Below are positions 13,601-25,700 of a stretch of 64,000 nt of DNA, piece by piece. The position numbers and the translations under genes were made by a program. This DNA comes from Pocillopora damicornis (taxonomy: Eukaryota). The stretch lies in NCBI RefSeq assembly GCF_003704095.1, contig NW_020847002.1, positions 186,001 to 250,000 on the forward strand. The letters run 5' to 3'. Positions within the stretch are counted from its first letter, which is position 1. The number at the start of each line of letters is the position of its first letter. Under the pieces are notes generated by a model that worked only from the letters and a program-made list of their open reading frames with translations, was not told where the DNA came from and did no database searches.

Positions 13601-14856
13601 AGCAGAAATCTCCAAACTTACCCCAAGAGAGACCTCAAGCTCCTGTGACTGATACACGCTCATCTGATGATTATGACAAACCATGGGAGTGGAACAAGAA
13701 CATTAATCTGAATGGTCATACACAAGGACCAAGACAACAGGAACCTGTTCAGTCACCTAAAATTGACGCTCGGCATCCAGATGATTATGATGCACCCTGG
13801 GAGTGGTCAAAATCTGGCCTTACATCAAAGGTGAAGGGTCCAAGGGAAGGAGAGGCACAGGGCATGGCCTTAGTTGCCCCTTCTAAGCCACCAAGAACAT
13901 TTGTTGAAGATGGATCCCCCATTGACCCTTCTTTGCCACTGTCACGACAGGGGTGAGTTATATAATTGAATTGTTATTCCATATGTACAAGAAAAGTAAC
14001 CCCAGGTTGTGAATGTTGTGTTTGCTATGACATGTAGATGTAGATGACATCCCCAAATTTTGACTTGACTCTTTAATTTCTATCAGACATTAAGGTCATA
14101 AGAATAAAGGAAATGATCACCAAGTTAAGAAGTTCTTGATTGTTAAAGAAAGCATGGGCTTTGAGCCTAGAAGAAGTGCAAGTTTTGAGGGTTGTTTGTA
14201 CTGTATCTGTCCTGATCATTAATTTTCATATTTAAATCTTGAAATACAGCTGGTATCATGGACCTTTAAAGCGACTGGAAGCAGAGAGACTCCTACAATC
14301 TGCTGAAGACTGCAGCTTCTTACTGCGACAATCTGAGAGTAGTAAAAATGACTTCTCTCTGTCTGTCAAGTAAGGATTTGTTATATCAATTATTGCCTAT
14401 TTGTTATTTTCAGTACAACTTTATCCATTCAATACACCATAAGAATTCACTTTGCTTCACTCTAACTGAAAATTTACTGTTCTTATTTTTAAAGTTAATA
14501 TCATTTTTAAAGTCATTATTTCAAGAGGAACATGAGAGAATTCTCAACAAGTTTATTAATTTGATTTACCCCAAGTGTAAGCTCTTTGCCCTCTTCATCA
14601 TTTTAAATATTTTTCTGTTTTATTTTTGTTTAGAAATAACAACTCCTTCATGCATTTAAAGATTGTTTGCCAAGGCAATAGATACATCTTGGGACAATTT
14701 AGTAAGCCATTCAACACTGTACCTGAAATGATTCACTACTATTCCCTAAACAAGCTCAACATTCGAGGAGCTGAACACAAAAAACTCTTACACCCAGTGG
14801 TACCTCCCCCTGAGTATTTTACACTGGAGCCAGGTGGATATCCCACAGCAAGCTGA
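7693..14856 (+). CDS. SH2-domain adaptor protein of the SHB/SHD/SHE/SHF family, ~513 aa
   Basis: Exons 7693-8052, 12524-12930, 13521-13952, 14250-14369, 14634-14856 (1542 nt, in frame). Pro-rich N-terminus, repeated D-D-Y-x-x-P-W motifs, and a C-terminal SH2 domain (WYHG...FLLRQSESSKNDFSLSV...FMHLKI...YILGQFSKPF...MIHYY...IRGAEH). Confidence 0.88.
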
Positions 14857-17170
14857 GAGTCACATTCCTGCATCATATCATGAAGGCCCTTATGGGTGGA
14901 AAAGCTTTCCTGACAAGCCTTGGAAAGTCAAAATGCAGAGATCACTGTATTGAAATAGTGAATTTAAAATAATCTAATTAATTTTAAATTTTTTTGTAAT
15001 CATCAGTGACAAACGTTAAGGGAATGGTATTTTAATTTCATTTAAATTCTGTTATATGAATAGTTGGCATTAAAAAAAAAATGAAACAAGCAGGATCATG
15101 AGTAGAGTTAGTCTTTTCACACAAGTATTATAGTTTTAAGTGTTTGCCAACACATGTGGAATTATTGTTCGATTTTATTTCAGTTGACTTTGAAGTAATC
15201 CTTGATAGTAGTGTTCATAGTAGAACACTTTTCAGTTGTAGCAAGCTCATTTCTAGATTTTTCTCAAGACTTAATTATTATCTTGATAGTGTTTTACCTT
15301 TTGAAGGAGCAATCTTTGTTTTGCTATTTTAGTTGTTTTTAGTGTTGCATGTTGCCCATTGTGGGTGAAAGATAATTTTGACTGATTTACCATTTAGTTA
15401 AATCTTGTTTTACCATCAGACCATCAGGGAGAATGTACAAAAAAAGAAAGTCTGTATTATAATAGTGTCAATAGGAGTAGTCTTAGAGCTCCATGTAGTT
15501 GTGGAGAAATAATTTGCTATTGAAACTGTTACTTTTAACCTTTGAGTTTTGTTTTAATGAATGAAATTTACCATTTTAAAGAAAGGGTGAAGTGCTTTAG
15601 CAAAGAATTGAAATGAATGGCCTGAAATATATCACTTGTGCTAGTGTCTGTGTTCTGCAGTACACTGTGCAGTTGGTTCATTTGAAATATAAATGAAAGT
15701 TTTGATGTAGAATTTTTTCTCAAATCAAGGATCAAGTAGCAGTGGTAATCTTTTGACACTGACTCTGGGAATGTTACCAGCAATCATTTAAGGTCATTTT
15801 AGTAGCTAGTAATAATAACACAATTTACCCCTTGAAAGTCGTCTGAAACATACCAGATCCAGGAATTTCAATAAAATCCAGAATTCTCAAATATAATTAA
15901 CGTAATATGGACCCTATATGATACTATGCAATATATAGAAATAAGCAATAATGTAAAAATCATGCTTGAAATAGTGAGAAGTCTTTAAACACCGGGATTT
16001 AGATAGCTGTAGGAATTTGTTTACATGTAATCATCACTAGTCATTCTTCTCTCGACATTTGATCACCTCGATTTCTAGTTAAGATTTCGTTCTCGAGATA
16101 ATTTCACCAATCTGGCTTCTCGTCTACGAAAGTCCCGAATTCATTAGGAATATTGATAAAGCTAAATAAGTATATTTTGAAACTTGGAATATTAAAACTT
16201 GAACTAACTGTTGGACTTCGATAGATTTCTTGATGTTTATGTAATTCAAATTTTAGAGATACCACAACATCACACCAGCTAGAAAATCAACGCACATTTT
16301 CCAAAATTAAAACTACCGCCATCAATTGGGGAACAGATCCAGAAAGACTGCGACTTCTAGAGCAAGAGGAAGACAGATGTCCCGGATAACAGCGATTTCA
16401 CTTAATTCTGTATTACAGCATCTGTCTTTCTAGTGGCTTTTAATCCATATCTGCCATATCTATTAAACTTTGGTTGATAGTTTTTTCTTTACTATCATGC
16501 CATGAGGTCAAAGTAGGGTTAAAGCTGTAATGATCGCTTTTTTCCATGCAAGACTTAACAAGAGAAGCATCACAAAAGCTAGGCTATGTAGAGGATGTAG
16601 ATCGCATTTTGTCGATAAAGGGCCTTTGCAAATGATGACGACGAGAACACGGATGTCGACTTGATTGTCCAGTGGAGGCCTGGGATGCAATCAAAATTCA
16701 GCAATAAAGGAAAGGTAGCTTTTGACGAAAAACGTAATTTTAGCGTATTTTGTTGGAACTTTATGTGGTATAATTTACCAGACGGGCGAGTGTCAGCAAA
16801 AATTTTAACTGTTAGCTGAGAATATGAAATTTGTGAGGATGAATTGGTGTGAAATCATATTCTGACTAACGCACCAGGGTCGGGTGTTTTTATGAGATCA
16901 GTTCTTTGTATATTTAGGTGTTTGGCGGGAAATTTATAGGTTACCATGGGTCGGTCACTCTTCGTCCATGTTTATAAAATTTGTTTAGCTATTTAGTTGC
17001 ATCGTTTTCTCGGGGCCTCGTGCTGCTGTATTAGATGGGAAATACATTTCTACATATTATTCTTGTCTTTTGATAAGAAAGCTAAAAAACAAAATCGAAT
17101 TGAGGGACCAAAATAATTAGGTAAAAGGGCAGCATATTTAGAGACGGAAAAGCTAAAATTTCGTTGTTAA

Positions 17171-18608
17171 GGTTACTTCCCACCTTCGTGGGTGTCCTTC
17201 GGGAAAAGATTCGTAAGCGCTGGTTTCACTAGAATCCTAGCAAACTATGTATCAGAAGAAAGCTTATTGACTGCAGTTTATGATAAAAATAAGATTTAAG
17301 CGACATTTCTTTTAAGAAAGTGTCAGGAGCCGGGAAGGCGTGAAACGACGCCGCAGCACGAGCAAAACGGCTGCCAGTCTTATTCACAAGGCATCAATCA
17401 ACGAAAGTGCGTCGCGCTTTCTCGGTATTCTGATCAGTTGTCTAGATATGGGCATCTTAAGTTGGAGTAGCTAAAAATATGCGAGGTGTGTTGCGAAAAT
17501 AAACGCCACAGGAAAAATATTTCAAATATCAAAATTTCCCGACACAATTTCGTTTGCCATTATTCCTAGAATGTTTCAGCGAAATGTGAAAAAATCGGTC
17601 AAATCTATATATCCTATAAATTCGCTCAAAGTGGTTGTATTCCTCCCAAAAAGAAATGCGAGATTTTACCTCATAAAGGTTCGCAAACAATAGCGCCACG
17701 CCAGGAGATTATCTCGCCTCCTGAAACCGCAAACCAAGAGGACAACAGAACCTCTTGGCGCCAATGACGATGGATCAAGATTTCCTGGGAAAAGTAACTA
17801 TCGCAGACACGTTTATTGTTTTATCTCGATCGCTCAAAGAACGTTGAGGAGGACGACACAATAATGAGCAAAAATGCCAAAGGCAAAGGAAAAACCCGCG
17901 GAAAAAATGGTAAAACCGGAAAATGTGTTGAGAGGCGAGACAACGAATCGCCATACAGCTTTCAAAATCACAATTCGAGGTGATTATTAAAGATTTTGTT
18001 TCAAGGCTGGTACTTGCATACAGAAGAGGAAACCTCATTTTAAACATCCTGTATGGCAAGTTTTGGTTTGACGGCGACTTCTTTGTTCGAAATCTGAACC
18101 CCAGCGTGGAGCTCCGTCAGTACCAGTCACTTTCACAAAGAAATTTTTCTTTTCTTGACAGAATGGTACTTTCTTTCTTCTTTGGGCCTGTTTTTTTTCT
18201 TTCTCTTTGTACCATGGACTTTCTTCCCCTTTTGATCTCCATGAGCAAAGATTCCACGTGTGAATTTTGTAATGTGCGTGATGTAAACAAAGTATGGAAA
18301 TAACATGAAAAACGTGCCCAAACAGGAGCGGTTGCTGCGAAAATTCTCTTAGGGGGATTCGCCCAGGTCCGATGGCAACCTTCAGATTGATTACCTTTTA
18401 TTTGAAAATACGTTTTTCTAAATAACGGACGCTTTTAAAGATTTCTGAAAATTTTTGTATGGAAACCTTAGGTTGAATGTTTGAATTCAGTCTAGTCAAA
18501 TAGAAGAAAAATCTATTCTTTCTGTAGCCTACGTGTAGGTTTCACCTTGCGGGGGAGGGTACGGCTCACGTAGGCTACTCTTTCGGCCTCCGAAGGTGGA
18601 AAGTAACC
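17171..18608. mobile_element. Non-autonomous TTAA-targeting DNA transposon (Kolobok-like), ~1.44 kb
   Basis: The left end TTAA|GGTTACTTCCCACCTTCG (17167-17188) and right end CGAAGGTGGAAAGTAACC|TTAA (to 18612) are inverted repeats with TTAA duplications. Purine (GG) termini fit Kolobok better than piggyBac. No transposase ORF. Confidence 0.7.
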
Positions 18609-18654
18609 TTAAGGCAAATCAAACTGTTTAATCGTTTGTCTCACGAGGTAGTCA

Positions 18655-19046
18655 CTTGAGAGGTAGATCGCGACGTTTCGACTGCTTACTGTTAGTCTTC
18701 ATCAGACGATGGGGTCGACTGCTCGCGCGTTACCATTTGCATCACGGCGATCTAATGCGATTGGCGGATTTCGATCCCCGTTGTTCCGGTGAGTTCTGGT
18801 TTTCCGAGAGGTCTGACTCCAAGTTGTTCCCTCGGCGGTTTGCTTTCGTACCGGTCTCCCGTTGTGTTTCTTGATCGTTGGTATCCGTGCTTCAGGAATA
18901 TCGATTCCGTTATCCTTGTTAATGTTATCAGGGTGAAGTCTTATGTGGATAACTTCCATGACTCTTTTGGTTTACCAGTGTGAGTCTCGATCAATAAACT
19001 TTACTTCGTTCCAAAGTGGGTGGTGACCGGTCTTGTTGGCGTGCTC
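18655..19046 (-). mobile_element. Penelope-like retroelement 3' remnant (GIY-YIG endonuclease C-terminus plus terminal repeat)
   Basis: The minus strand reads EHANKTGHHPLWNEVKFIDRDSHW*TKRVMEVIHIRLHPDNINKDNGIDIP, typical of Penelope endonuclease tails, with one in-frame stop. A hammerhead motif follows it. Confidence 0.75.
18667..18710 (-). ncRNA. Minimal type-I hammerhead ribozyme motif
   Basis: Minus strand: AUCGU-CUGAUGA-A-GACU-(10 nt)-AGUC-GAAAC-GUC-GCGAU. Stems I and II pair, and the conserved core boxes are intact. Confidence 0.7.
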
Positions 19047-19377
19047 AGGAGTGGCATATCAGGATGTGTCTCTCTGAAAATCTGCATAGACAGGTCAGAG
19101 CCACCTTAATTTTTGATAAGTTAAGGTGGTTCTGAACCGTATATACACATTTTTTCAAAATTTGACAGAACGATGAACATCGATAAGCTGAATGCAATTC
19201 AATGACAGAGAAAATGGAGGGTTTGACACCGTGGGGAGTAATACGCGTCACCCATAAAGAGTTGTGCTCAGCTGTGATTGGATGGAATTCCACGGCTAAG
19301 GGAACCTTCCGAAGATGCGCCAACCACATACATGGAATTTCATCCAATCTATAAGTGACGTGTGCTCAATGGACCTC

Positions 19378-19421
19378 ATCGCCTGAAGAAAACCAGCAGT
19401 ATGCAGTCGAAATGTCGTGAT
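19378..19421 (+). ncRNA. Degenerate hammerhead motif in a second, inverted Penelope-like terminal repeat
   Basis: AUCGC-CUGAAGA-A-AACC-AGCAGUAUGC-AGUC-GAAAU-GUC-GUGAU. Homologous to the 18667 copy, but stem II is mismatched. Confidence 0.55.
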
Positions 19422-19705
19422 TCATTTTCGAAGTGACCACATCGCGAGACAAACGATTATACTTTTCTTTTGAAAGTGATATTAAATTGTGGATCGCAGC
19501 AGACCAGCAAGATGTAAAGAGTTTGTGGATTTGTGATCATTTCTTGTCCAACCATGAGCTAGCGAAATTTCTGTGGTAACAATTTGGTGTAATGTTTTCC
19601 TTGTAGTAGAAATAGTTCATGAAACGATAAACTTAATTTTTGAAATGTTGTTTTGCTTTGTTTGCTGAGAGTCGAAGAGACGAAGATGACAGGGCAGCTG
19701 GCGAA

Positions 19706-22700
19706 ATGAAAGAAAGCTAAACGTTGGTGGCTGTCGCTTTATTACTGATTTCTGTTCGTTAGCTCAGAGTTTTGCAAAGAAACAAATATATGTTTTTTTG
19801 AGGCACGCAAGATACTCATAAATAAAAAAATAAATTCCTCTACAAGCTACCCTAAATTTCTTGCTGAACTGACTACAGCGATTGACGCTGTCGAGTTTTA
19901 GTAAAAGTACGGCTGTTAAGTTTCTGCGGAAACCTTTTATTACTTTCATCAGAATTCTACATAACAACTGCACTGCGTAACTAAGGCCTGGAAATATGTA
20001 AATGCAGAGTCATTTATTATTTTTCAAACATGCTGATTCTTCAAGAAATAGATTCAAATTTGTCACCCGCCGGGCCTTGAAAACAAAGGAGACGACAAAA
20101 ACCAATAGCCTACTTTCAATTTTTCATAGTACCTCTGGTCCTTGACAGGTTGTCAAAGTTATAAAGCGAACACTAGAGGCAAACAGTTTTATTAAACTCT
20201 TGAGTCCTCCATGCTCCAGTTTACTTTCCACCATCATGTTAAGTAAGATAACGTTGTTTTTCATTTTAGTGTCCCAGACAAAAACTTCTAATACTGTCGA
20301 CAAAGGAGCTCTCGAAGACTCGGGTAAGACGAGAATTTGATTTTTTTTTTCAATAACGGAAAAACATATGGTGTCAAATTTTTTACTTAGTTACGCATAT
20401 GAAAACCAACCCAAACACAACGATCTCGGATCATGATTTGTAGTTTTAGGACGAGTCAAAACAGAACGTGCTACTTCGCTTTTGTAATTGATCTTATTTC
20501 ATGATGCCTTGTGTTCAAAACCCGTTTTGACGCATTTCTCCTTACTTGTCTTCCAATCGTTTAGTGAATGGCTGAAAGCCTGTCATTTTCAAAAGTATAT
20601 CTAGTCATACTTATACCAAAAATCATTCTCGGGAACTCGGCTACTTTTGGTCGCCTTTCAAGAAGTCACGCTTAAGTTATTTATTGCGTGCATTACCAGT
20701 TTTCAGAAGCGGGTTTCATGTTAGTGTTCACGGTAGAGGAAGAAAATCAAACTAAACAGATTCTTCAGTCGAAGACTGTGCGTGAGTCCCACTCGATATC
20801 ATTCGAGTCATAGTGACCCGCAATGAGTTTTATGCGCAACAGGCAAGGGTCGAACTCGTGCTCCTCTAGAAAGGTTGAGAGTCTCTACGACTTAGCTGTG
20901 TAAGACTCGAGATACCTCGGCAATCAAACCTGCCGTCTCTATTTATTTCATTGCGCAAAACATAACTATTTATTCTCTTTTACAACGTTGCCAAGAACCC
21001 AACGAGCCGTCGCTATTCAATTGAAACATAGAACCTAACACAAAAAGCAAAACAAACGACCTAGGAAGTTACCAGAAAGTCACTATAACATGATAATTTC
21101 CATAAAACCGCACGATTTAATTTTTCAAAGATAGTAACAGTGAAAAACACCGACTTTGTCTCTGTCCGAAATTGTTTGCATTATCAACGGTTTGGAAATA
21201 ACAGCTGGTCAAAGAAAACTAAGAAATGATATTTTATTAGATTATTTCATGCTGGATGCATCTGTTCACTGTAAATAATATTCCTTTGGTACACGTCTAC
21301 CTTAACTGCGACCAACGCGACCTTTTGTCCCATCATTTCCACCCTCAGTTTGAAAGATACTTGTTTTGAATTTTCGTGACTGCTTCCTACTTCATGAAAC
21401 TTTCTCCAATGTCACCTGCAATCACGTAAAAAGAGCATGCAACGATAGCCGGCTCTTTGGATTTTGATAAATTCTGTTGTTACAATTCCAAGCAGAAGAA
21501 TCAATTACTAAGCATATTATCTCAACACAGAACGATGGCACGTTTATCCAAATTTGTAAAAAAATTAAAAAAGCAATACAATACTTTTAAGGCAAACATT
21601 GAAAATTTCAGGTTTTCGCACAGTTTACTTAGATTTTTTCCTTCAAGGTTTCCTTAGTGAATTTTTAGTGCCTTGGCAGAGATTCGATAAGAAAAAATTA
21701 CTTGAATAAACATCAGTTACCTGTTCTCTAGTATAACAAGCCGCCTTATATCATCTGTCGGCAAGTGGACAATTTCACTGAAACAGTTCTGCAAAATGTT
21801 TGTGGGTGTTCATTATCTTCTTCAAGAAGAACGTTTAACAGTATACCCCGAGAGAATTTGCCGCAATCCTCTCCAAGACCTGAGGTAATTTGACATAGCC
21901 TGCGAATGGAAATGTAACTTGAATCAGACCGCTTTTTCTTCTAATTGGGGAAAATTCAGTCCGTCAACTTTAACTTCATGAATGTTTCGGAAAGGACATC
22001 AGTTTCATTTTCATAATTTGCATTGACATCAAAATCAGAATAAATTTTTACTAAATTTTTAATTCGTGGGTAAGGCCACTTCGCCATTGTTATCTTAGTT
22101 GACTATCGACACATTGTTCCGTCAGTAGAACATAAAAATATTAATCCAGGTTCGAAAATGGTGAACTTTCAAATTGACCGATTCTGTAATTAGTAGACAA
22201 CTTTTTTGGATTAAAAAAAGGCAGGGGTTCTTGAGCTATTTACACAATTGTATCCGGTTAATTTTGATGAAATTCATGAGCTATTTTCACCATCTTAAAT
22301 TAGTTTTCAAATGGTAACTGCTGAGAAGTGAAGAGGCTTAGGTTTTTTTGAAGCTCTTCTGGCCAGAAATAGCCAGTGCACCTCATTAAGCCCATAATTT
22401 CTTTCGTTTTAACCCTAACTGTAACACGTCGTATATTCTCACAAATAATGCAAAGTGGTAGAATAGAGACATTGTCGCTTACTGTTCCTGTGTAATCTTA
22501 CAATTTTACAAGGCTGTCAAGCATTGTAAACAGTCAAAAGCAGTAGCTTAAACTTCCGCTGACAAACAGGAAATCTTTTCCGTTTACTTTAGAGCCACAA
22601 TTATTCCGAAGTGAAGGCTGCTACGGAGCAAAGTCAATACAAGATGCTGGTGTTAATCTTGGACGCTTTAGTTCTTCTGATATCGGTGAATGCGCTGAGC

Positions 22701-25700
22701 TTGCCTTAAAAAAGGGTTTCGCCGAGTTTGGTCTTTTACATGGAGGTCTGTGTAAAGGTGGTGACAATCTGCAAGGGAAAGTTTCTGAAACTTCTGTAAC
22801 CTGCAGAGATGGTGTGGGAGGAGAGGATTCTGTGGAACTGTACTCGCTTAAGCCGTCAGGTCAGAATTCAGTTTGTTTTCCTATACGAAGTTAAAAGCGC
22901 CTTCTGATTAGGTGTCAATAAACAAAATAATAATAATCGCAAGAAGGGGTCCGATAACCACGCTATTAAAACAAAGATAACTGATAACCCACATGACTGG
23001 CTAAAGCGTAAGAAAACTCGCGAGACCAAATTGCGATGCTTTCAGTTGGCATATGACTGGTTAAGAAATGACGCTAGTCTTCCAGATCAATCATGTGACA
23101 ACTTAAATAAAACCAATACTGTTCCAACTGACGTTTGGAAACTGCCGTTGGTGAAATTGAATTGTATTGAAACGAGTTTGTTTGAGCCTTTTCTCTCAAG
23201 GCTCGAGTTCAATGTGGGATTTATGGTTATCCTGAGATATGTCAGTATGATTGTTAAACAGGAAGAAAGTGATGGAATGGAACTGAAAAGTGATCAGGAA
23301 CGACTTTGTATTGCTTCTCTTAGTATGAAGGAATATAAAAAATTTAGATCGAAAAACTGAAATGTCTAGGCCTAACTTACCTTGGTTAACTATGTAATTC
23401 TGTGGGAAATGGCCTCAGAATTGATGGAAGATCCAAAGTCAAGTTAGATTCAGTGCTCCTTATCATAGCTAGATCATGGCTATACAAACATTTCATTGTA
23501 AGGAAAAAGGGTTGAGCAACGAATATTTTTAAGGAACAACTGAAACACGTTCCTCTAAATAATAAAGAACTTGGTCCATAAAATTCTCGAAACTGATATT
23601 TCCTCCCTTACAGCCATTGCCTGTCCAATCGAGTCTTCCGACAAGGCCAGTAAAAAATGCCAGTCCCAGAGACAACAAGAAACAGCTAAAACCAGAGAAG
23701 ACTACGAGCTCAACAAAGGCAATGACCACCTACCGATTCCACGCATTAACAAGAACCCAAGGGAAGTGTTCCTCTTGCTGAAAAAAGACCCCCTGGATAG
23801 TCACTGGATTTCATTATACAACCAAACTATTTACAAAAACTTCGGCCTCTTCCGCATTCTCGTTAATTTAAGTAGAGGAAAAGATATTGACTACAACAAA
23901 ATATACAAGTTCTTCGTTGCAGGTCAACGACACCCACGCTTTGTTCTTCCGGTATGGATCACCCTTAACCCTTAAGCGACAGTTTTAAACATTTAGATAA
24001 TGCTTCTCTATTTAAATCGAGTTTTGATAGTTTAATCCACCTGCAGTTACCTGTGTATTGGGCCTTGTGTAGCTGACTTTTAAAATTCCCCAAAGGGAGT
24101 AAGTTGTGTCATGTTGTTGAGGAGTTGCTCCCCTAGCTTAAATTTGTTGTCAATTATGACTGTCATAGTTTCATTACGTTAATTACGTCTACATATACTT
24201 TCTTCAGCAATTTTGTCTTGGTGTCTAATGAGCTTATTTCCTTTTTCTGCAGGAAGACCAAAAATTTTTTCGTTTTGCCTTTGAAGACACAACCAGCCCA
24301 TTCAAAGATGTATCTGATCTGTCTCTTTGGAGAGATGATGATGTCTTTACTGATCAGCGATTGGCTGGCATGAATCCAATGGCCATTCAGAGGGTTTCAT
24401 TGGATTCAGGTGACTAGGCCTGTGCGATAACTTACAATGTGCACTCATAGAGATTATAGCATTAATCATTTCCTTTTAGAGGATTTTCATCCTCGCAGAT
24501 ATTCCTTTTCATTTGAACCTTTCAGGCAGGCGAGGAGGAGTAAGCTGGAGAACACTGCGTAGAAAGTTAAATCCAACATTCGACTGGCAAGGAGCGATAC
24601 AAGACGTGCTTGGGAAGAGCATTTCAATTTATTGGGTACGTGCACCAGCTTAGGACATTATTTATGGGCTTTGAAGTCTTCGTCTCTCTTTATAGCTCTG
24701 TTCCGCTGGGAATGGGGTTGGGTTTGGACGTGGTTAGTGAACGAATCCTGTTTTCGCGGCTTACATTTCCTAGGGGTGCCCGCTAAACTCAACCTTAAGG
24801 TGCTTTCCCTTGATTGTGTCATCTCTCTAAAATTCAGTGCTTGGGACGAGATTGAGTGCGCATGATGATGCACGCGTCACGACCGAAGCTTCGTTAGAAG
24901 TTAAATCACTCCCATTTTTAACCGCTTAAGCTGAAAATGTCCTCCTCGACATTCAATAAATTAGAAACGGTGGTATCTGGCCGCCTAATCCCGGAAATAA
25001 TTAGTTAATTCCCCCCCAATGGGGAAAGAGAACGCCTCGTACGATGAATGTATGAATCCAGAGAAATGCGCACTAAAATTTTGTTCAAAACGTTTTGTCT
25101 CAAATATGCCAACCACAAAGATTAATTAAAAGCTTTTGCACCTTGAACAGGCAATACGCGGAGGTTATATCTATGTGGTACACTATCCTTTATACGACGG
25201 ACTGAATCCGATAACTGACGATCCCTTTGGAGAACTGATGGAGGCAAACTCACCCATCGCCATATTTGCATCTAAACCCAGTCATCAACGGCTCCCAAAT
25301 AGACTAAAACCGGTGGCCATTCAGATAAACAGTTCTCCAGGTATCATATCTACAGAGTTTTATACTTGCATAGTTACTACATTACCACGCAATTATTGTG
25401 AAAAACTTTGGAACAACAGATCACAACAAAGATGCAGGATAGATTTCACACTTTACTAAAGCACATGCAAAAAAAAATTATTGTCTTATTCTTTGTTCCA
25501 ACCATAAAGACCATAATTTACTATTCTTTGTTCCATGATGATCGTTAATGATGGTCGTTAATTCAACACATGACAAGATTTCTTATGACACCACTGAACG
25601 CGGAAATAGGGAAAACCCTCAGCAAGCTGTGTTCTGTTACATTACTGAGATCAGGCATGCAAAAATTGCCTATCAATTCTAATTAATTAATTGTATTGCC

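Noticed and set aside
16500-16700. Short coding-looking stretch (QDLTREASQKLGYVEDVDRIL)
   Set aside because: Interrupted by stops, with no start or splice structure and no family I can name.
20785-20900. tRNA-like sequence on the minus strand (also ~53680-53725)
   Set aside because: Only A/B-box-like remnants with no complete cloverleaf, so these are likely SINE debris, not tRNA genes.
21732-21883. Exon-like segment (AG...GT) between the LOX linker and WSC-like exons
   Set aside because: The frame compatible with the flanking phase-1 junctions contains stops, and the open frames show no recognisable motif.
19706-23613. Possibility that the LOX is a catalase-like AOS-LOX fusion
   Set aside because: No catalase-like heme domain exons were found upstream of the LOX domain.
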